Below, in pieces: positions 48,794 to 62,612 of a stretch of 64,000 nucleotides of DNA. Made by a program: the position numbers and the translations under genes. The notes below the pieces were generated by a model, which saw only the letters and a program-made list of their open reading frames with translations, was not told where the DNA came from and ran no database searches. The stretch is from Leucoraja erinacea (Eukaryota), in the NCBI RefSeq assembly GCF_028641065.1, contig NC_073377.1:31744001-31808000 (forward strand), read 5' to 3'. How positions within the stretch are numbered: the stretch's first letter is position 1; each line of letters begins with the position of its first letter.

Positions 48794-49730
48794 TAAGTTC
48801 AAGTTCAAGTTCAAGTGAGTTTATTGTCATGTCTCCCTGTGTAGGACAATGAAATTCTTGCTTTGCTTAAGCACGCAGAAAATAGTAGGCATTTACTACA
48901 AAACAGATAAATGTGTCCATATACCATGATATAAATATATACACACATGAATAAATAAACTGATAAAGTGCAAATAGCAGAAAGTGGTTATTAATAATCA
49001 GAGTTTTGTCCGAGCCAGGTTTAATAGCCTGATGGCTGTGGGGAAGTAGCTATTCCTGAACCTGGCTGTTGCAGTCTTCAGGCTCCTGTACCTTCTACCT
49101 GAAGGTAGCAGGGAGATCAGTGTGTGGCCAGGATGGTGTGGATCTTTGTTGATACTGCCAGCCTTTTTGAGGCAGCGACTGCGATAAATCCCCTCGATGG
49201 AAGGAAGGTCAGAGCCGATGATGGACTGGGCAGTGTTTACTACTTTTTGTAGTCTTTTCCTCTCCAGGGTGCTCAAATTGCTGAACCAAGCCACGATGTA
49301 ACCGGTCAGCATGCTCTCTACTGTGCACCTGTAGAAGTTAGAGAGAGTCTTCCTTGACAAACCAACTCTCCGTAATCTTCTCAGGAAGTAGAGGCGCTGA
49401 TGAGCTTTTTTGATAATTGCTTTAGTGTTCTCGGACCAGGAAAGATCTTCAGAAATGTGCATGCCCAGGAATTTGAAGATCTTGACCCTTTCAACCATCG
49501 ACCCGTTGATATAAATGGGGCTGTGGGTCCCCCTCCTACTCCTTCCAAAGTCCACAATCAGTTCCTTGGTTTTGCTGGTGTTGAGGGCCAGGTTATTGCG
49601 CTGGCACCATATGGACAGTTGCTCGATCTCCCTTCTATATTCTGACTCATCCCCATCAGTGATACACCCCACAATAGTGTTGTCATCAGCGAACTTGATG
49701 ATGGAGTTCGCACTGTGGTTGGCTACGCAG
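48794..49730 (-). pseudogene. 5'-truncated Rex1/Babar LINE
   Basis: IKFADD; ORF 48998-49672 LNTSKTKELIVDF, KAHQRLYFLRRL, LLPSGRRYRS; (TTGAAC)n tail. Confidence 0.9.
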
Positions 49731-50369
49731 GGCTGCTGTTTATCTGTTGCAAGGAATTCACTATTATAACAATACTATTTTTTGCCAGGACTCATAATTC
49801 TCCTTATCCATTCAGGTAGAAACTCTGATAGTAGTGTTTCTATGTCTATATTCTCTTGATAACCATTTTCTTAATCTTTTAGGAAGGATCAATTTGGTAC
49901 TAATATTATACGCAATGGCATGTTTCATTCACCAAGATAGGTACAATGCAAATTCTAGACATATTTTTGTTAACCCTAAAATAAAAAATCTTTCATTTTT
50001 CAATGAAAGCCATTTTAGGAACTTCTTGCCAGAAATATCATCTTCATTTTACTTATGGTTCAGCACAAAATTTGTTGATGTAGAAAAGTAATCATCCATT
50101 TTATATAAGCTCCGTGTGATTGAGCAACAGTCATTGAAACAGATGTAGTACCTGGTCTGCACAATCATTATCCATCTCAGTTAAAGAGACAATTGGTACT
50201 GCTTTACGATTTACTTTAGTATCTCAAGAATAGGAAACAGAAAATTAGCCAGAATTTCATGTTTAACTGTTGGATATATGTGAACGCATGGGGCATATGT
50301 GGGTGCTAAGAGGCAAATCGTGTGAAGTTTGATAAGATATTTTCCAAATGATTGTGACTAACATAAGAT

Positions 50370-51552
50370 TTATCTGGACTTTCAAAAAGCCTTTGATAAG
50401 GCTCCACACAAGAGATTAGTGTGCAAAATTAGAGCACGTTGTGTTGGGGGTAGGGTATTGACATGGATAGAGAACTGGTTGGCAGACAGGAAGCAAGGAG
50501 TAGGAATTAACTGGTCCTTTTCAGAATGGCAGGCAGTGACCAGTGGGTTGTCGCAAGGCTCGGTGCTGGAACCCCAGTTATTTACAATATATATTAATGA
50601 TTTAGATGAGGGAATTAAATGTTACATCTCCAAGTTTGTGGATGACACATAGCTGGGTGGCAGTGTTAGCTGTGAGGAGGATGCTATGAGATTGCAGGGT
50701 GACTTGGATAGGTTGGGTGAGTGGGCAGATGCATGGCAGATGCAATATAATGTGGATAAATGTGTGGTTATCCACTTTGGTGACAAGAACAGGAACACAG
50801 ATTATTATCTGAATGGTGTCAACTTAGGAAAAGGGGAGGTGCAAAGAGACCTGGGTGTGCTTGTACATCAGTCACTGGAAGTAAGCAGGCAGTGAAGAAA
50901 GCTAATGACATGTTGGCCTTCATTGTGGGACAATTTCAGTTTAGAGGCAAGGAGGTCCTACTGCAGTTATTCAGGGCCCTGGTGAGACCGCACTTGGGTA
51001 ATTGTGTGTAATTTTGGTCTCCTAATTTGAGAAAGAACATCATTGCTATGGAGGGAATGCAGCATAAGGTTCACCAGGTTAATTCTCAGGATGGCGAGAC
51101 TGACATATGATGAAAGAATGGGTCGACTGGGCTTGTATTTACTGGAATTTAGGAAGAGAGGGGATCTTATAAATGCATATCAAATTCTTAAAGAATTGGA
51201 CAGGCTAGATGCAGGAAAAATATTCTTGATTTTGGGAGAGTTCCAGAACCAGGAATTACAATTTAAGAATATGGTGTAGGCCATTTAGGACAGATGAGGG
51301 AAAACCTCTTCACCCAGAAAGTTGTAAATCTGTGGAATTCTCTGCCACAGAAGGCAGCGAAGGCTAATTCACTGGATGTTTTCAAGAGAGAGTTCGATTT
51401 AGCTCTTGGAGCTAAAGGAATCAAGGGATATGCTGAAAAAGCAGGAACAGGATACTGATTTTAGATGATCAGCCATGATCATATTGAATAGCGGTGCTGG
51501 CTCGAAGGGCCGAAGTGTCTACTCCTGCACCTATTTTTCTATGTTTCTATGT
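50370..51552 (+). mobile_element. Degraded CR1 ORF2 3' half
   Basis: DFQKAFDK, QGSVL, KFVDD motifs; 3' UTR. Confidence 0.9.
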
Positions 51553-51565
51553 ATTTCTAAGCCTA

Positions 51566-51782
51566 AGCACAAAATGCTGGAGGAACCCAGCAGGTCAGGC
51601 AGCATCCCTGGAGAACATGATTCGATGATGTTTCAAGTTGGAACCCTTCTTCAGACTCCTACCCAAAGTCCCACCTGAAATGTCCCCTGTCAATTTTCTC
51701 CAGGGATGCTGCCTAATCCACCGAGTTACTCTAACATGTCTTTCTTTGGTAAGCTAGCATCCACAGTTCCTTGCTTCTACAC
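51566..51782. mobile_element. Palindromic Penelope-derived short element, degraded
   Basis: Inverted arms caggcagcatccctggagaa / ttctccagggatgctgcct. Confidence 0.7.
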
Positions 51783-51840
51783 TATATCATAGCCTTTAGG
51801 CTAAGATAAGGTACTGGAGGAAAGACAAATAATTGGCATC

Positions 51841-53543
51841 TATTTTATTGTATATTGTATTGTATTGTATTGTATTGTATATCTTTATTGTCATTTCCTG
51901 AGTATTCGCATACCCAGAGGAAACAAAAAAAAACGTTGCTCAACCAGTGTCCATTCAGTGTGCATGAAAAATAAATAGAAATTTAAAAAAAATACATGTA
52001 TCATGAACAAATTAACACTCTGCTAAACATTCAACAGGCGTTCCGACCGGCAGCGGCACTTGGCAGGGGGCAAAGTCCATTTAGCAGTCTTATAGCCTGT
52101 GGGAAGAAGCTGAGGAGCATCCTGCAGGTTTTGCAGCTAATGCTCCTGTACCTCTTCCCAGATGGCAGGATGGAGAAAATGTCATGCGATGGGTGGTAAG
52201 GGTCTTTGATGATGGAGATGGCTCTGCTGATACATCTCTTCCTGTATATGTCCAGCAGGAAGGGGAGTGGAGCACCAATAATCCTGCTGGCGGTCTTCAC
52301 TATCCTGTCTAGTTGGTGCCGTTCGTACGCCTTGCAGCTCCCGAACCAGGAAGTGATGCCGTAGGTCAATGTGCTCTCGACAGTCCCCCTATAAAAAGTC
52401 CATAGGTGTGTAGTGGGGAGGCCTGCTTTACGTAGTCTTCGGAGAGGGTGAAGTCGCTGCTGGGCTCTTTTGACCAGAGCTGTGGTGTTGGCCGTGGACG
52501 TCAGGTCATCAGACAGATGTAGTCCTCGGAACTTCATGCTGCTGACCCATTCCACATCAGCTCCGTCGATGTGCAGAGGTGTATGGTGTTGTTTCCCCGC
52601 CCTCCTGAAGTCAACCACCATCTCCTTAGTTTTTCCCACGTTAAGAATGAGGTTGTGGGATTTGCACCAACCTGTGAGCAGCTCCACCTCCATCTTTTAC
52701 GCCGATTCATCATTGTCACTGATGAGACCCACCACTGTTGTGTCATCAGCGAACTTGTTGATGAAGTTGTTATCTAGTCTGGCAGTACAGTCATGTGTCA
52801 GCAGACTAAACAGAAGGGGGCTTAGGACACAACCTTGGGGTGAGCCAGTGCTCACGGCTATGGTTTTTGATGTCCTACTGCCCACCCTGACTGTCTGCTG
52901 CCGTTGCGACAGAAAGTTCAGGACCCAGTTGCATGTGCCAGCATCAACCCCCAATAGCTCCAACTTCACCAGCTGCTGCGGAATGATTGTATTGAAAGCA
53001 GAGCTGAAGTCTATGAAGAGGATCCTGGCATAGGTATTTTTCCGATCGAGATGTGACAATACGAGGTTCAGTGTTGTTGAGACTGCGTCCTCTGTGGATC
53101 AGTTGGCTCTGTAGGCGAACTGCAGTGGGTCTAGGTCGGCAGGTAGACTATTTTTGATGTGCTGCATAACTAGTCGCTCAAAACACTTCATTACAATGGG
53201 TGTTAGGGCCACTGGTCGAAAGTCATTATGGCAGGCTGGGTTTGGTTTCTTCTGGACAGGGACGATGGTGGCACTCTTAAGACAGTTGGGCACTACTGCC
53301 TGGCTGAGTGAGATGTTAAAAATGTCTGTGAAGACATCTTTCAGTTGCTCGGCACAGTCTCTTAGAACGCATCCAGGAATGTTGTCCGGCCCTGCAGCTT
53401 TGCGTGGATTGACGCTGGCAAAGGCCTTTTTAACTCCGGCTGCGGACAGCCTGAGCGACTGGTCACTGGGAGATGGCAGTAGTGCACGTGTCTGGGTGCT
53501 GTTTTTAACCTCAAACCGTGCGTAGAACTCGTTCAGTTCATCT
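51841..53543 (-). pseudogene. 5'-truncated Rex1/Babar LINE (second subfamily)
   Basis: [54 protein letters not shown]; (ATACA)n tail at 51845-51880. Confidence 0.95.
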
Positions 53544-54142
53544 GGTTCATTTTAAAACAATCTGTAAAATTCCATTAAAATGCTGAGAAATGAAGCGCTC
53601 TAGTTTGCAACTTAGTTGCATTTTACTTGGTGCTAAACTGTATTTAATCATTCATTCCCATTGAATGTTTTGCTCTAAACTGAACAATCAAACATTCCTA
53701 TTAAGATAAAAGATATTTGCGGGAAATAATGCCTTATCGGGCAGATACAGCGGCTAATATTGGGACAAAAATGTCACAAATGGTCTATGCTCTGCGGACT
53801 CTGGCTGATTGCATAATGACAACGCTACTCTCTTTTATGGTCCATCCACTTGACATACATCTGCACTGCAGAGCACCAGAATCCTTGATGGCAGTGCAGT
53901 GCTTGAACTGTAATGAACTGTGGAGTATTTTGTCTTTGTTCAATACTCTGAGCTCAGGCGGATTAACAGTGAAGGAAAAAAAAGACAGTGAAATATTCTT
54001 TAAGTATCTCTAGTTCATTAGTTTGGTATCGAATGATTCAACATGGTAGTGATGCGATTGTGAATTCATGTTTATTTGACCAAGGAGGTTCATACGTTCA
54101 AAAATGTACAGATGAAAAACCAACAAAGCCATGAGTTGGTTA

Positions 54143-54234
54143 ACAAAAAATGCTGGAGAAACTCAGCAGGTGAGGCAGCATTTATGGAGCGAAGGAAATA
54201 GGCATCGTTTCGGGCCGAAACCCTTCTTCAAACT
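54143..54234 (-). mobile_element. Penelope-derived short element of the young subfamily
   Basis: Closely similar to 44833-44923. Confidence 0.8.
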
Positions 54235-54959
54235 CAAAAAAAAAAAAGCCATTACGATCCTTCCACCAATGTTAAACTAGTATTTTCATTGTAACTACAA
54301 CTGGGGGGATCGGCAGTGTTTCTGAATTAAAGTTTTGTAATTCATTCCAATAAATACATCTTTATTTTAACCTATGCTTTAATTCTGCACAACATCTTGT
54401 CCCATTCCCCATATCACACTTCAAACAAAAACCTCTGCAAATCCCAGCTAAGCAGGAAAAAACTCACATTGGCACGTTCACTATTACAGACTCAGCTGCT
54501 TGCTCACTTTAATTACATCTGATCCCAAGGGCGATGTTTTTTTAACTCTTTCGCTAACGCACTAAAATCAGGTTTAGCATTGCATGTGGATTAGTAGTTT
54601 TCTGCAGTTAAGAGGATTGCATGTCATAAAAGCATTTGTTTAAAAAAAAAAACATTTTATTCTGATCCATAGGGAGCATGTCATAGAAAACCTAAAGAGA
54701 AAAACTCAAAAAAAAAATGTTCAAGCATAAAAGCTTCCTCACTGCTTCCACTGAAGGAAATATAAACCATCAGAACTCTTTAAGCATGATGTTTGGGGTG
54801 AAATTAATCAATCTATATAATAAGTAACTCTAAGTTACATTTGCACCTGTAGATCGAACAAACATAACCAGAAGAATGTGCCATTTTAACCACAAAACCA
54901 TTGTTGTGTGATTGATTCTCGCTGGCTTTGCCCTTTGGTAGCCTCAGTGTCTCCTCATT

Positions 54960-55272
54960 CTTGACAAATACTCACTTGAACTACAGGTGCATGGTAGGTG
55001 CATATTGACTGGTTGTTTCTCGACCTGGTTCAGCAACTTGAATGCCCAAGAGCAAGGATTATCAAAAGTGGTGGACACTGCCTGGTCCAATACGGGTACT
55101 GATCTACCCAGCATCAAAGGTATCCAAAGGAAGCTCTGCCTCAAAAAGGTAGCAACATCATCAAGGACCGTCACAACCTTAGACACTCTCTCATTTCACT
55201 CCTATCATCGGGAAGAAGTTATAGGAGTTTGAAAACCATGACCTCCAGTTTCAAGAATTGTTTCTTCTCAAA
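54960..55272 (+). mobile_element. Degraded Rex1 fragment
   Basis: ILTGCFSTWFSNL...KVVDTAWSNTGTDLPSIKGI, similar to the 48998-49672 protein. Confidence 0.8.
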
Positions 55273-56356
55273 ACCTATCCTGCCTGTGGGACATTACTAA
55301 ATAAAATGGGTTTGCACAATAATCCAGTCGTTTTGTGGATCGATGCTTAATTTACTGACAGGATATTAAGTGAATTTGACTTCCACAATTTCCGTGCAGG
55401 ATTTGACCTGAGATCTCAGGATTGCCTTGCCCATGTTTCTGGATTAATTGGACTTTTGTAAATGGCGCAAAAATATGGTGACTCGTGCATGTGTGAACTA
55501 TGCAAAAATAATGTTACTCTGTACATGAAAATGAAGAAATATTGAAGCATTGTTTCAGCGAGTGAGGGTTAGCAGCAAGGACATTAAAATGCCACAGATG
55601 CCTTAACCCTTTAAACATGCAACTTCCTGACTGATGTGAACAGTCAAAGCCCATGAAAGCTCCTCCCCTCGCTGCATCAAAGATGCCATAAAACTATTTC
55701 AGTATTTTCTCCAGAACCCTACCACCGTACACGAAACACTCACCACACTCACTGAGATATTTTACATTTATTTTTCACTAATTTCCATTTATGTCCTCTA
55801 GCCCTACTTCTCTCATTTATTTTGAAGCTACAATTTGGACTTACTTTCCCCACATCATTTATATTTTATGCACTTCTTTGAAAATCCTTTGGAAATCACC
55901 TCTAAGCCATTTTCTTTTGGTACGGTGAATCATAAGATCCTCCAATCCCTCCTCAGAGCTTAATGCCTTACATTCAGAATCAGTATTGCTGCTAACTGCA
56001 CTCTTTGTACTGATCAAAACTGAATATGGAATCACAAGATTTGCATTGGTGACTGTGCATTGATAATATAACCACAATTAATGGTATTGTCATTTTCTCA
56101 AAAATAATGTATCTTTTTGCTTTTGAAGGCTTTTTACAAATTAAATATTCTCATTGTATTTGTGAATAGCTGTAATTAAGTGAGCAGGGGAATTCTGAAT
56201 ACACCTCACCATATTGACGTATTTATCTTTAATAAAGATTCTGTTCCCAGAGTCTTGATGAAGAATCAAAATAATTAGGGTTGATTTGCCAAACAAGTAG
56301 CTGACATTTTGAGGCAGATCCAAGGTGGCAAACAAAAAAGGGTGGTGATGAGGCAT

Positions 56357-56592
56357 GTGTACACACCCATGCACACACACACAGATATACGCAGAAACAC
56401 ATGCACAGACATGCACAAAAAGACACACATACACACAGGCAGACACACAAACAAACAGACACATAAACACACACACTGACAGACAAGTGCAAACAGATAT
56501 GCACACACACGCACAGACAGACACACACAAAGCCACACACACACACACTACACATAGATGACACACTTACACAAACAGACAGACACACACAA
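56357..56592. repeat. Imperfect (CA)n microsatellite
   Basis: Direct inspection. Confidence 0.9.
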
Positions 56593-57330
56593 CCCCTTTC
56601 TAAGTTTATAAGGAACTTAGTTCAACCTCTTTGATTAGGATTAAATTGGTCTGGAGAACATTGGGCTGAGCTACGCTTCCGATCCAAATCTTAACAATGT
56701 TTTGTCATTATCGTGTGGGTGGTGGCAAGCCCAGGAAAATATATCTGACGTGGATATTGCTTGAAAATGATTTTGGCTGAAGACTGATGTTGGGTGTCCT
56801 GTATATCAATCTCTTTGGCGCCTTGAAGATTTCATAAGGTCTTTTGATTCTATTTTTGTTCTGTTCTACTCAAAATATGGCAACGCATAGGGAATTTGTA
56901 TCAGCAATCTACAATTTATTTACAGTGATAACAAAGAGGATAAAGACATGTCTAAGGCTGAAATAGCACATGTCAGTGTAAGGCATAACAGAAGATGTGT
57001 GTTCTCCATACACACACCAGGGTTTGTAGAACAGGTATCTCTTACTGAGACATTTTGATCATAAGTGCCTCAGGACTCACTTCCTTTGCAGGTTTCTGAG
57101 GAGAGTTGACAACTGCTGATTGAGCATTGGCACCCCTCTTATGTCTAAACCAACTAAGTTCACCACAAGCTCAAATTCCTTTGTGCCCATAGCCCACTAG
57201 GTAGCAGTAAGCTCATGCTTTATTGGTAAGGACTGAAAAATCTATATTTTGATCAATGGAATCAGAAAACCAAAAGAAGAAAGCAGTCCAAATGTTTACT
57301 TATTCTGCTAAAAGAATTGTTTCCTGACAG

Positions 57331-57411
57331 AGATATATGCCATGGATGTACGCAGCAGGCTAATTTTGCTGCAAGACTCCTTCACGCAGTTTAAGGATAA
57401 TGTACTGATTG
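57331..57411 (+). CDS. Candidate 81-nt internal coding exon, host gene unknown
   Basis: ttgtttcctgacAG|...|GTaaat; phase 1-1, open frame IYAMDVRSRLILLQDSFTQFKDNVLI; non-repetitive. Confidence 0.3.
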
Positions 57412-57734
57412 GTAAATTCCATGTTGACTTTTCCTCCATGTAAGGAAGAAGCACATTAAGTACATTGAATGAAAGAGGGTAACTAGAGAGAGAATAGGGC
57501 TCCTCAGAAAACAAAGTGGCTATCTCTGTGTGGAGCCGCAGGAGATGGGCAAAGTCCTCGATGAATTTTTCTCCTCTGTTTTTCCCATGGAGAAAGTCGT
57601 GAAGATTGGGGATTTTGGGAGAGTTAATGGAGATGTCGAGGACAGTCCATATTACGGTCAATAGAAAATAGACAATACGTGCAGCAGTAGGCCATTCGGC
57701 CCTTCGAGCCAGCACCACCATTCAATATAATTAC

Positions 57735-58348
57735 AGTTGTACAAGACCCTGGTGAGGCTGCATTTGGAGTATTGTGTTCAGCTTTGGTTACCCTGTTATA
57801 GAATGCTGTTCAGCTGGAAAGAGTGCAGAGAATGTGTAGGAAGAACTGCAGATGCTGGTTTACACAGAAGATAGGCACAAAATGCTGGAGTAACACAGTA
57901 GGACAGGCAGCATCTCAGTGCAGAGAAGATTTACAAGAATGTTGCCAGGTCTTGAGGGCCTGAGCTATAAGGAGATGTTGAGCATGCTAGGTTTTTATTA
58001 ATTGGAGTGCAGAGTGATGAGCAGTGATCTTATAGAGGTGTATATAGGCTGAATGCACAGTCTTTTACCTAGACTCATAGGTTTAAAGGGGATTGATTTT
58101 ACAGGAACCTGAAGAGCAACTTTTTCACACACAGAGTGTTGGGTATATGCCACAACCTGCCAGAGGAGGTAGTGAGATAAGTATAACAACAATATTTCAA
58201 AGACATTTTGACAGGTATACAGATAGATAAGTTGTACAGGGATTTGGGTCAAATATGGGTAGGTGGGAATAATATAGATGGGGCGTCTTGGTTGGCATGT
58301 GCAAGTTGGGCCAAAGGACCTGCTTCTAAGCGGTATGACTATGACCAT
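57735..58348 (+). mobile_element. CR1 3' fragment interrupted by an 84-bp Penelope-derived insert (57833-57916)
   Basis: 11-bp TSD agtgcagagaa at 57822-57832 and 57917-57927. Confidence 0.8.
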
Positions 58349-58764
58349 GACTCTATAGTTCTATGATGTAGGCAACGTCATGAAGACAGTTAATTATGGC
58401 TGCTTTGAGTGGAGCCTTACCTCTGTTGCATTTTATTTTCATCTTATCCCTCCAAGCTCAAAACAACAAACTATGGTGGCATTTGGAAACAATCTATCTT
58501 GACATGTTTCAACTATTCCTCTTGTTCTCCAATTTGCAGAACTAGCCTTGTTTGCGTCCTTGGTAAAGAACAGTCAAGAAAAGTAAAGCAGTGTTTTGTC
58601 AAGGACGTGACTATTTCTTGTTCAGACTGTCGTGCCCCTCCCTCCCCCCATGGAAATTACTACCTTGGCTGAAGGAATGGTCCTTACAGATTGAATAAGT
58701 TGTCACAAATTTTTAGGAGTAGGAACAAAGAGCCAGAGAGGCTGTTCCAAGAATAAAATCCAAG

Positions 58765-59050
58765 GATTAGTTTAGTTAACATTAGAGGTATAGGATGGAA
58801 GCAGGCCCTTCGGCTCATTGAGTCTGCATTGACCAGTGATCACCTGTTCTATCCGACACACTGGGAACAACTTACAGAAACCACTTAACCTACCAACATG
58901 TGGGAGGAAATGGGAGCACCCTGAGAAAACCCACGTGGTCACAGGGAGAACGTACAAATTCTGTACAGACAGCACCAGTAGTGAGAATCAAACCTAAATA
59001 GTCTCCATCACTGTAAGACAGCAGCTCTACCGCTGTCCCACGGTGCTGTA
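58765..59050 (-). mobile_element. V-SINE
   Basis: Head, V-domain and tail on minus strand. Confidence 0.75.
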
Positions 59051-59392
59051 CCATTCTTGCTTATTGTGAAAGATTCAAGTGTTCAATGATAGATGCAGGG
59101 TGAATAAACAAATACCAACTTTGAAATACAAAATGTCATCCACCCACAAAAACTGCTCACACAAAAACTACTCATTCTGTTGTATCTCAGGTCATTATAT
59201 TGTTTGAGCCAACTTTTTGTTGTGCAGTTTCCAAAAGTTACCAATCTTGTGACAGAAACTACAGTGAACAGAAAGGGGTAGAAAGACAATGCAGCAGCGA
59301 TACAGACTCATTACATGGAACCATTCTTTGATATTTTAAAATGCCATTTGATGGCAAGTATTTTCTGCAAATATGCATTGGCTAAATTAAAG

Positions 59393-61195
59393 AGAAACAT
59401 AGAAAATAGGTGCAGGAAGAGGCCATTTGGCCCTTCGAGCTAGCACCATTATTCATTGTGATCATGGCTGATCATACCTAATCAATAACCTGTGCCTGAT
59501 TTCTCCCCATATCCCTTGATTCCACCAGAGCTCTATCTTACTCTCTCTTAAATCCATCCAGTGATCTGGCATCCACTGCCCTCTGTGGCAGGGAATTCCT
59601 CAAATTCACAACTGTTTGGGTGAAAAGGTTTTTTCTCACCTCAGTCTTAAATGGCCTCCCCTTTATTCTAAGATTGTGGCCCCTGGTTCTGGACTCGCTC
59701 AACATTGGGAACATTTTTTCTGCATCTAGCTATCTGAGATTTCTGTGATTCTACGAAGCGTGGGAACAACTGATTCTCTATTGTTCTGAACTGAAAATTT
59801 TGATGGAGGAATTTGGCAGAGGTGTTTTGAAATGTTGAAAAGAATAAACAAGTTAAACACAGATTGTTACTTCCATTGACAAGCTGCTCATTATCTCATC
59901 AGCTTCAGATACATAAGGCAAGAGATTTTCATGCATAAATTATTGGGATGTGGAATGCTATTCAGAAGTGGCTATTGCATTTAAATTGGTTACAGCGTTT
60001 AAAAGGTACGTCCAGTCCTTTTATAATTTTATGTTTCTACAAGATCTCCACTCCTCCTTCTAAACTCCAGTGAATACAAGCCTAGTCTTTTCAATCTTTG
60101 CTCATATCCCGCCGTTCCAGGGATTAATCTCGTGAAACTACGCTGCACTACCTCAATCACAAGAATATCGTTCCTCAAATTAGGAGATCAAAACTGTACA
60201 CAATACTCTAGATGTGGTCTTACCAGAGCCCTATACAACTGCAGAAGAACCTCTCTACTCCTATACTGAAATCCTCTTGTTATGAAGGCCAACATTCCAT
60301 TATCTTTCCTCACTGCCTGCTGTACCTGCATGCCAACTTTCAGTGATCGGTGCACAAGGACACCCAGGTCTTGCTATACCTCCCCCTTACGTAATCTAAC
60401 CCCATTGAGATAATAATCTGCCCCCTTGTTTTTGCCACCAAAGTGGATAACCTCACATTTATCTATATTATACTGCATCTGCCACGCATCTTCCCACTCA
60501 CTCAACTTGTCCAGGTCACCCTGCAACCTCCTAACTTTCTCTACTTAGTTCACACTGCCACCCAGTTTTGTGTCATCCGCAAACTTGCTAGTGTTGCTCC
60601 AAATTCCCTCTTCCAAACATTAATATATATGGTAAACAGTTGCGGCCCCAACACCGAGCCTTGCGGCACTCCACTCACCACTGCCTGCCATTCTGAAAAG
60701 GACCCGTTCACTCCTACTCTTTGCTTCCTGTCTGCCAACCAAATTTCTATCCACGTCAACACCCTACCCCCAATACCATGTGCTCTAATTTTAGTCACAA
60801 GTCTCCCATGAGGGACCTTATCAAAGGCTTTCTGAAATTCTAGATACACTACAACCACTGGCTCCCCTTCATCCATTTTACCTGTCACATCCTCAAAAAA
60901 TTCAGGAAGATTAGACAAGAATGATTTTACTTTCATAATTCAATACTGGCTTGGACTAATCCTTTTACTGCTATCCAAATGCCCCATTATTACCTCTTTA
61001 ATAATTGACTCCAGCATCTTTTCCATCAGGCAAACTGGTCTGTAATTCCACGTTTTCTCTCTTGCTCCTTTATTGAAAAGTGGGATAACATTGGCCATCC
61101 TCCAATCCACAGGGACTGATCCTGAATCTAATGAACATTTGGAAAATGACCACCAATGCGTCCACTATTTCTAGAGCCACCTCCCTGAGGACCCT
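59393..61195 (-). mobile_element. CR1 LINE ORF2 3' half, split by 59732-60010
   Basis: ORF 60550-60936 FQKAFDKVPHGRL, GVPQGSVLGP; 3' end homologous to 7969-8340. Confidence 0.9.
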
Positions 61196-61809
61196 GTGGA
61201 ATTGTTGCAGAGAATGTTGCATTATTCTTAATCATGTTTAAATCATAAATTCAAAATATTTTTCAATACAATTTGTGGTGCCTGATTTCAATATCATGTA
61301 AGTGAATATATTATTGTAAACAAAGAATAACAGAAAATATTACAGGTGAAGGTTTTCACATCCTTTCACAGTGTTACAACATATCCTGCTTAATATATTT
61401 TCCTACACTACATTCATATCTTTTGATTACTCTAATATCCAGAAACCTATCAACCTCTATTGTGAATCTGATGATGACAAAGTCTCCACAACCTTCTGGC
61501 TTTGCCAAATATTACAAAAAGGCATGGATATTTTAATAATTTTAATTAATTCAATAAGCAGTTATACTTTGAGTACTTGACATTGTAAATGTCTCCTCTT
61601 TTGTAACATTTACATTTTATTCACCTATTTTCAATCTTCAAAAATTTCAGAAATGTAACTAGCAAAATTAATTTGCCTTTGATCTTGTAAAGATTATCTG
61701 ATAAAAACAAAAGTCTGTAGACATGTTTAACAACATAGAAAAGTACATGTAGAAACTAAGAGTAGACCAGGCGCTCGTTCCACTCAGGCTTGCTAGACCT
61801 GTTGTTTGC

Positions 61810-62612
61810 TAACCATTTTAACTCCCCTTCCTATTTCATACTGACCTTTCTGTCCTGGACCTCCTCCATTATGGAGAGTGAAGCCACATACAAATTGGAG
61901 AAGTAGCATTTCATATTTTTCTTCAGTGGCTTACATCCTAACAGTTTAAACATTGAATTCTCCAATTCTAAGTAATACTTCTTACCTCCTCTCTTTTTTC
62001 TGTGCCTCCTCCATCCCAGTGCACTCCCACTATCCTGTCCCTCCTCTCCCCTACCATCCCTCCCATCCCCTTTGACCTATATCCTTCCCACTGGCATTGT
62101 ATTTAACTACTCTTCTCTCCTTATTTGACACTCTTTTGCCTCCTTTTTATCTCTAGCCTTACTCTACCCATCTGCGAATCAAACTATCCTCACCAGTATC
62201 CATCTATCAGTTTCCAGAACACGTCCTACTCACACATCTCGTTTTCAGCTTGCTCCCCTCTACTACCTCAATGCCCCACCCCCTCCACAATCAGTCTGAA
62301 GAAGGTTCTCAACACTTCCTGTGGAATTAATTGCCAGGGAAGGCTGTGGAGGCCATCAATGGATATTTTTAAGGCAGACAAATATAGATTATTGATTAGT
62401 ATGGGTGTCAGGGGTTATGAGGAGAAGGCAGGAGTATGGGGTTAGGAGGGAGAGATAGATCAGCCATGATTGAATGGCAGAATAGACATGATGGCAGAAT
62501 GGCCTAATTCTGCTCATATCACATATGAACTTATAAACATGAAGTTATGACACAAAACATCACCTCCACTGATGCTGTTTGAGCTGGTGAGTTACTCCAG
62601 CACTTTATGATT
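61810..62612 (+). mobile_element. Old Penelope 3' fragment with a CR1 tail (about 62315-62549) inserted in its hammerhead-like motif
   Basis: DLSVLDLLH...LNIEFSNSK*; ctgaagaaggttctc | CR1 tail | gacacaaaacatcacc. Confidence 0.7.

Noticed and set aside
49860-49945. Possible exon after a strong acceptor (ttttcttaatcttttAG)
   Set aside because: The most protein-like frame ends in a stop at the putative donor; no other support
52470-53525. Long plus-strand ORFs (similar cases: 43299-43730, 45241-45690, 60443-60811)
   Set aside because: Antisense shadows of retroelement reading frames
56141-56588. Cys/Val-rich ORFs
   Set aside because: Translations of a (CA)n microsatellite
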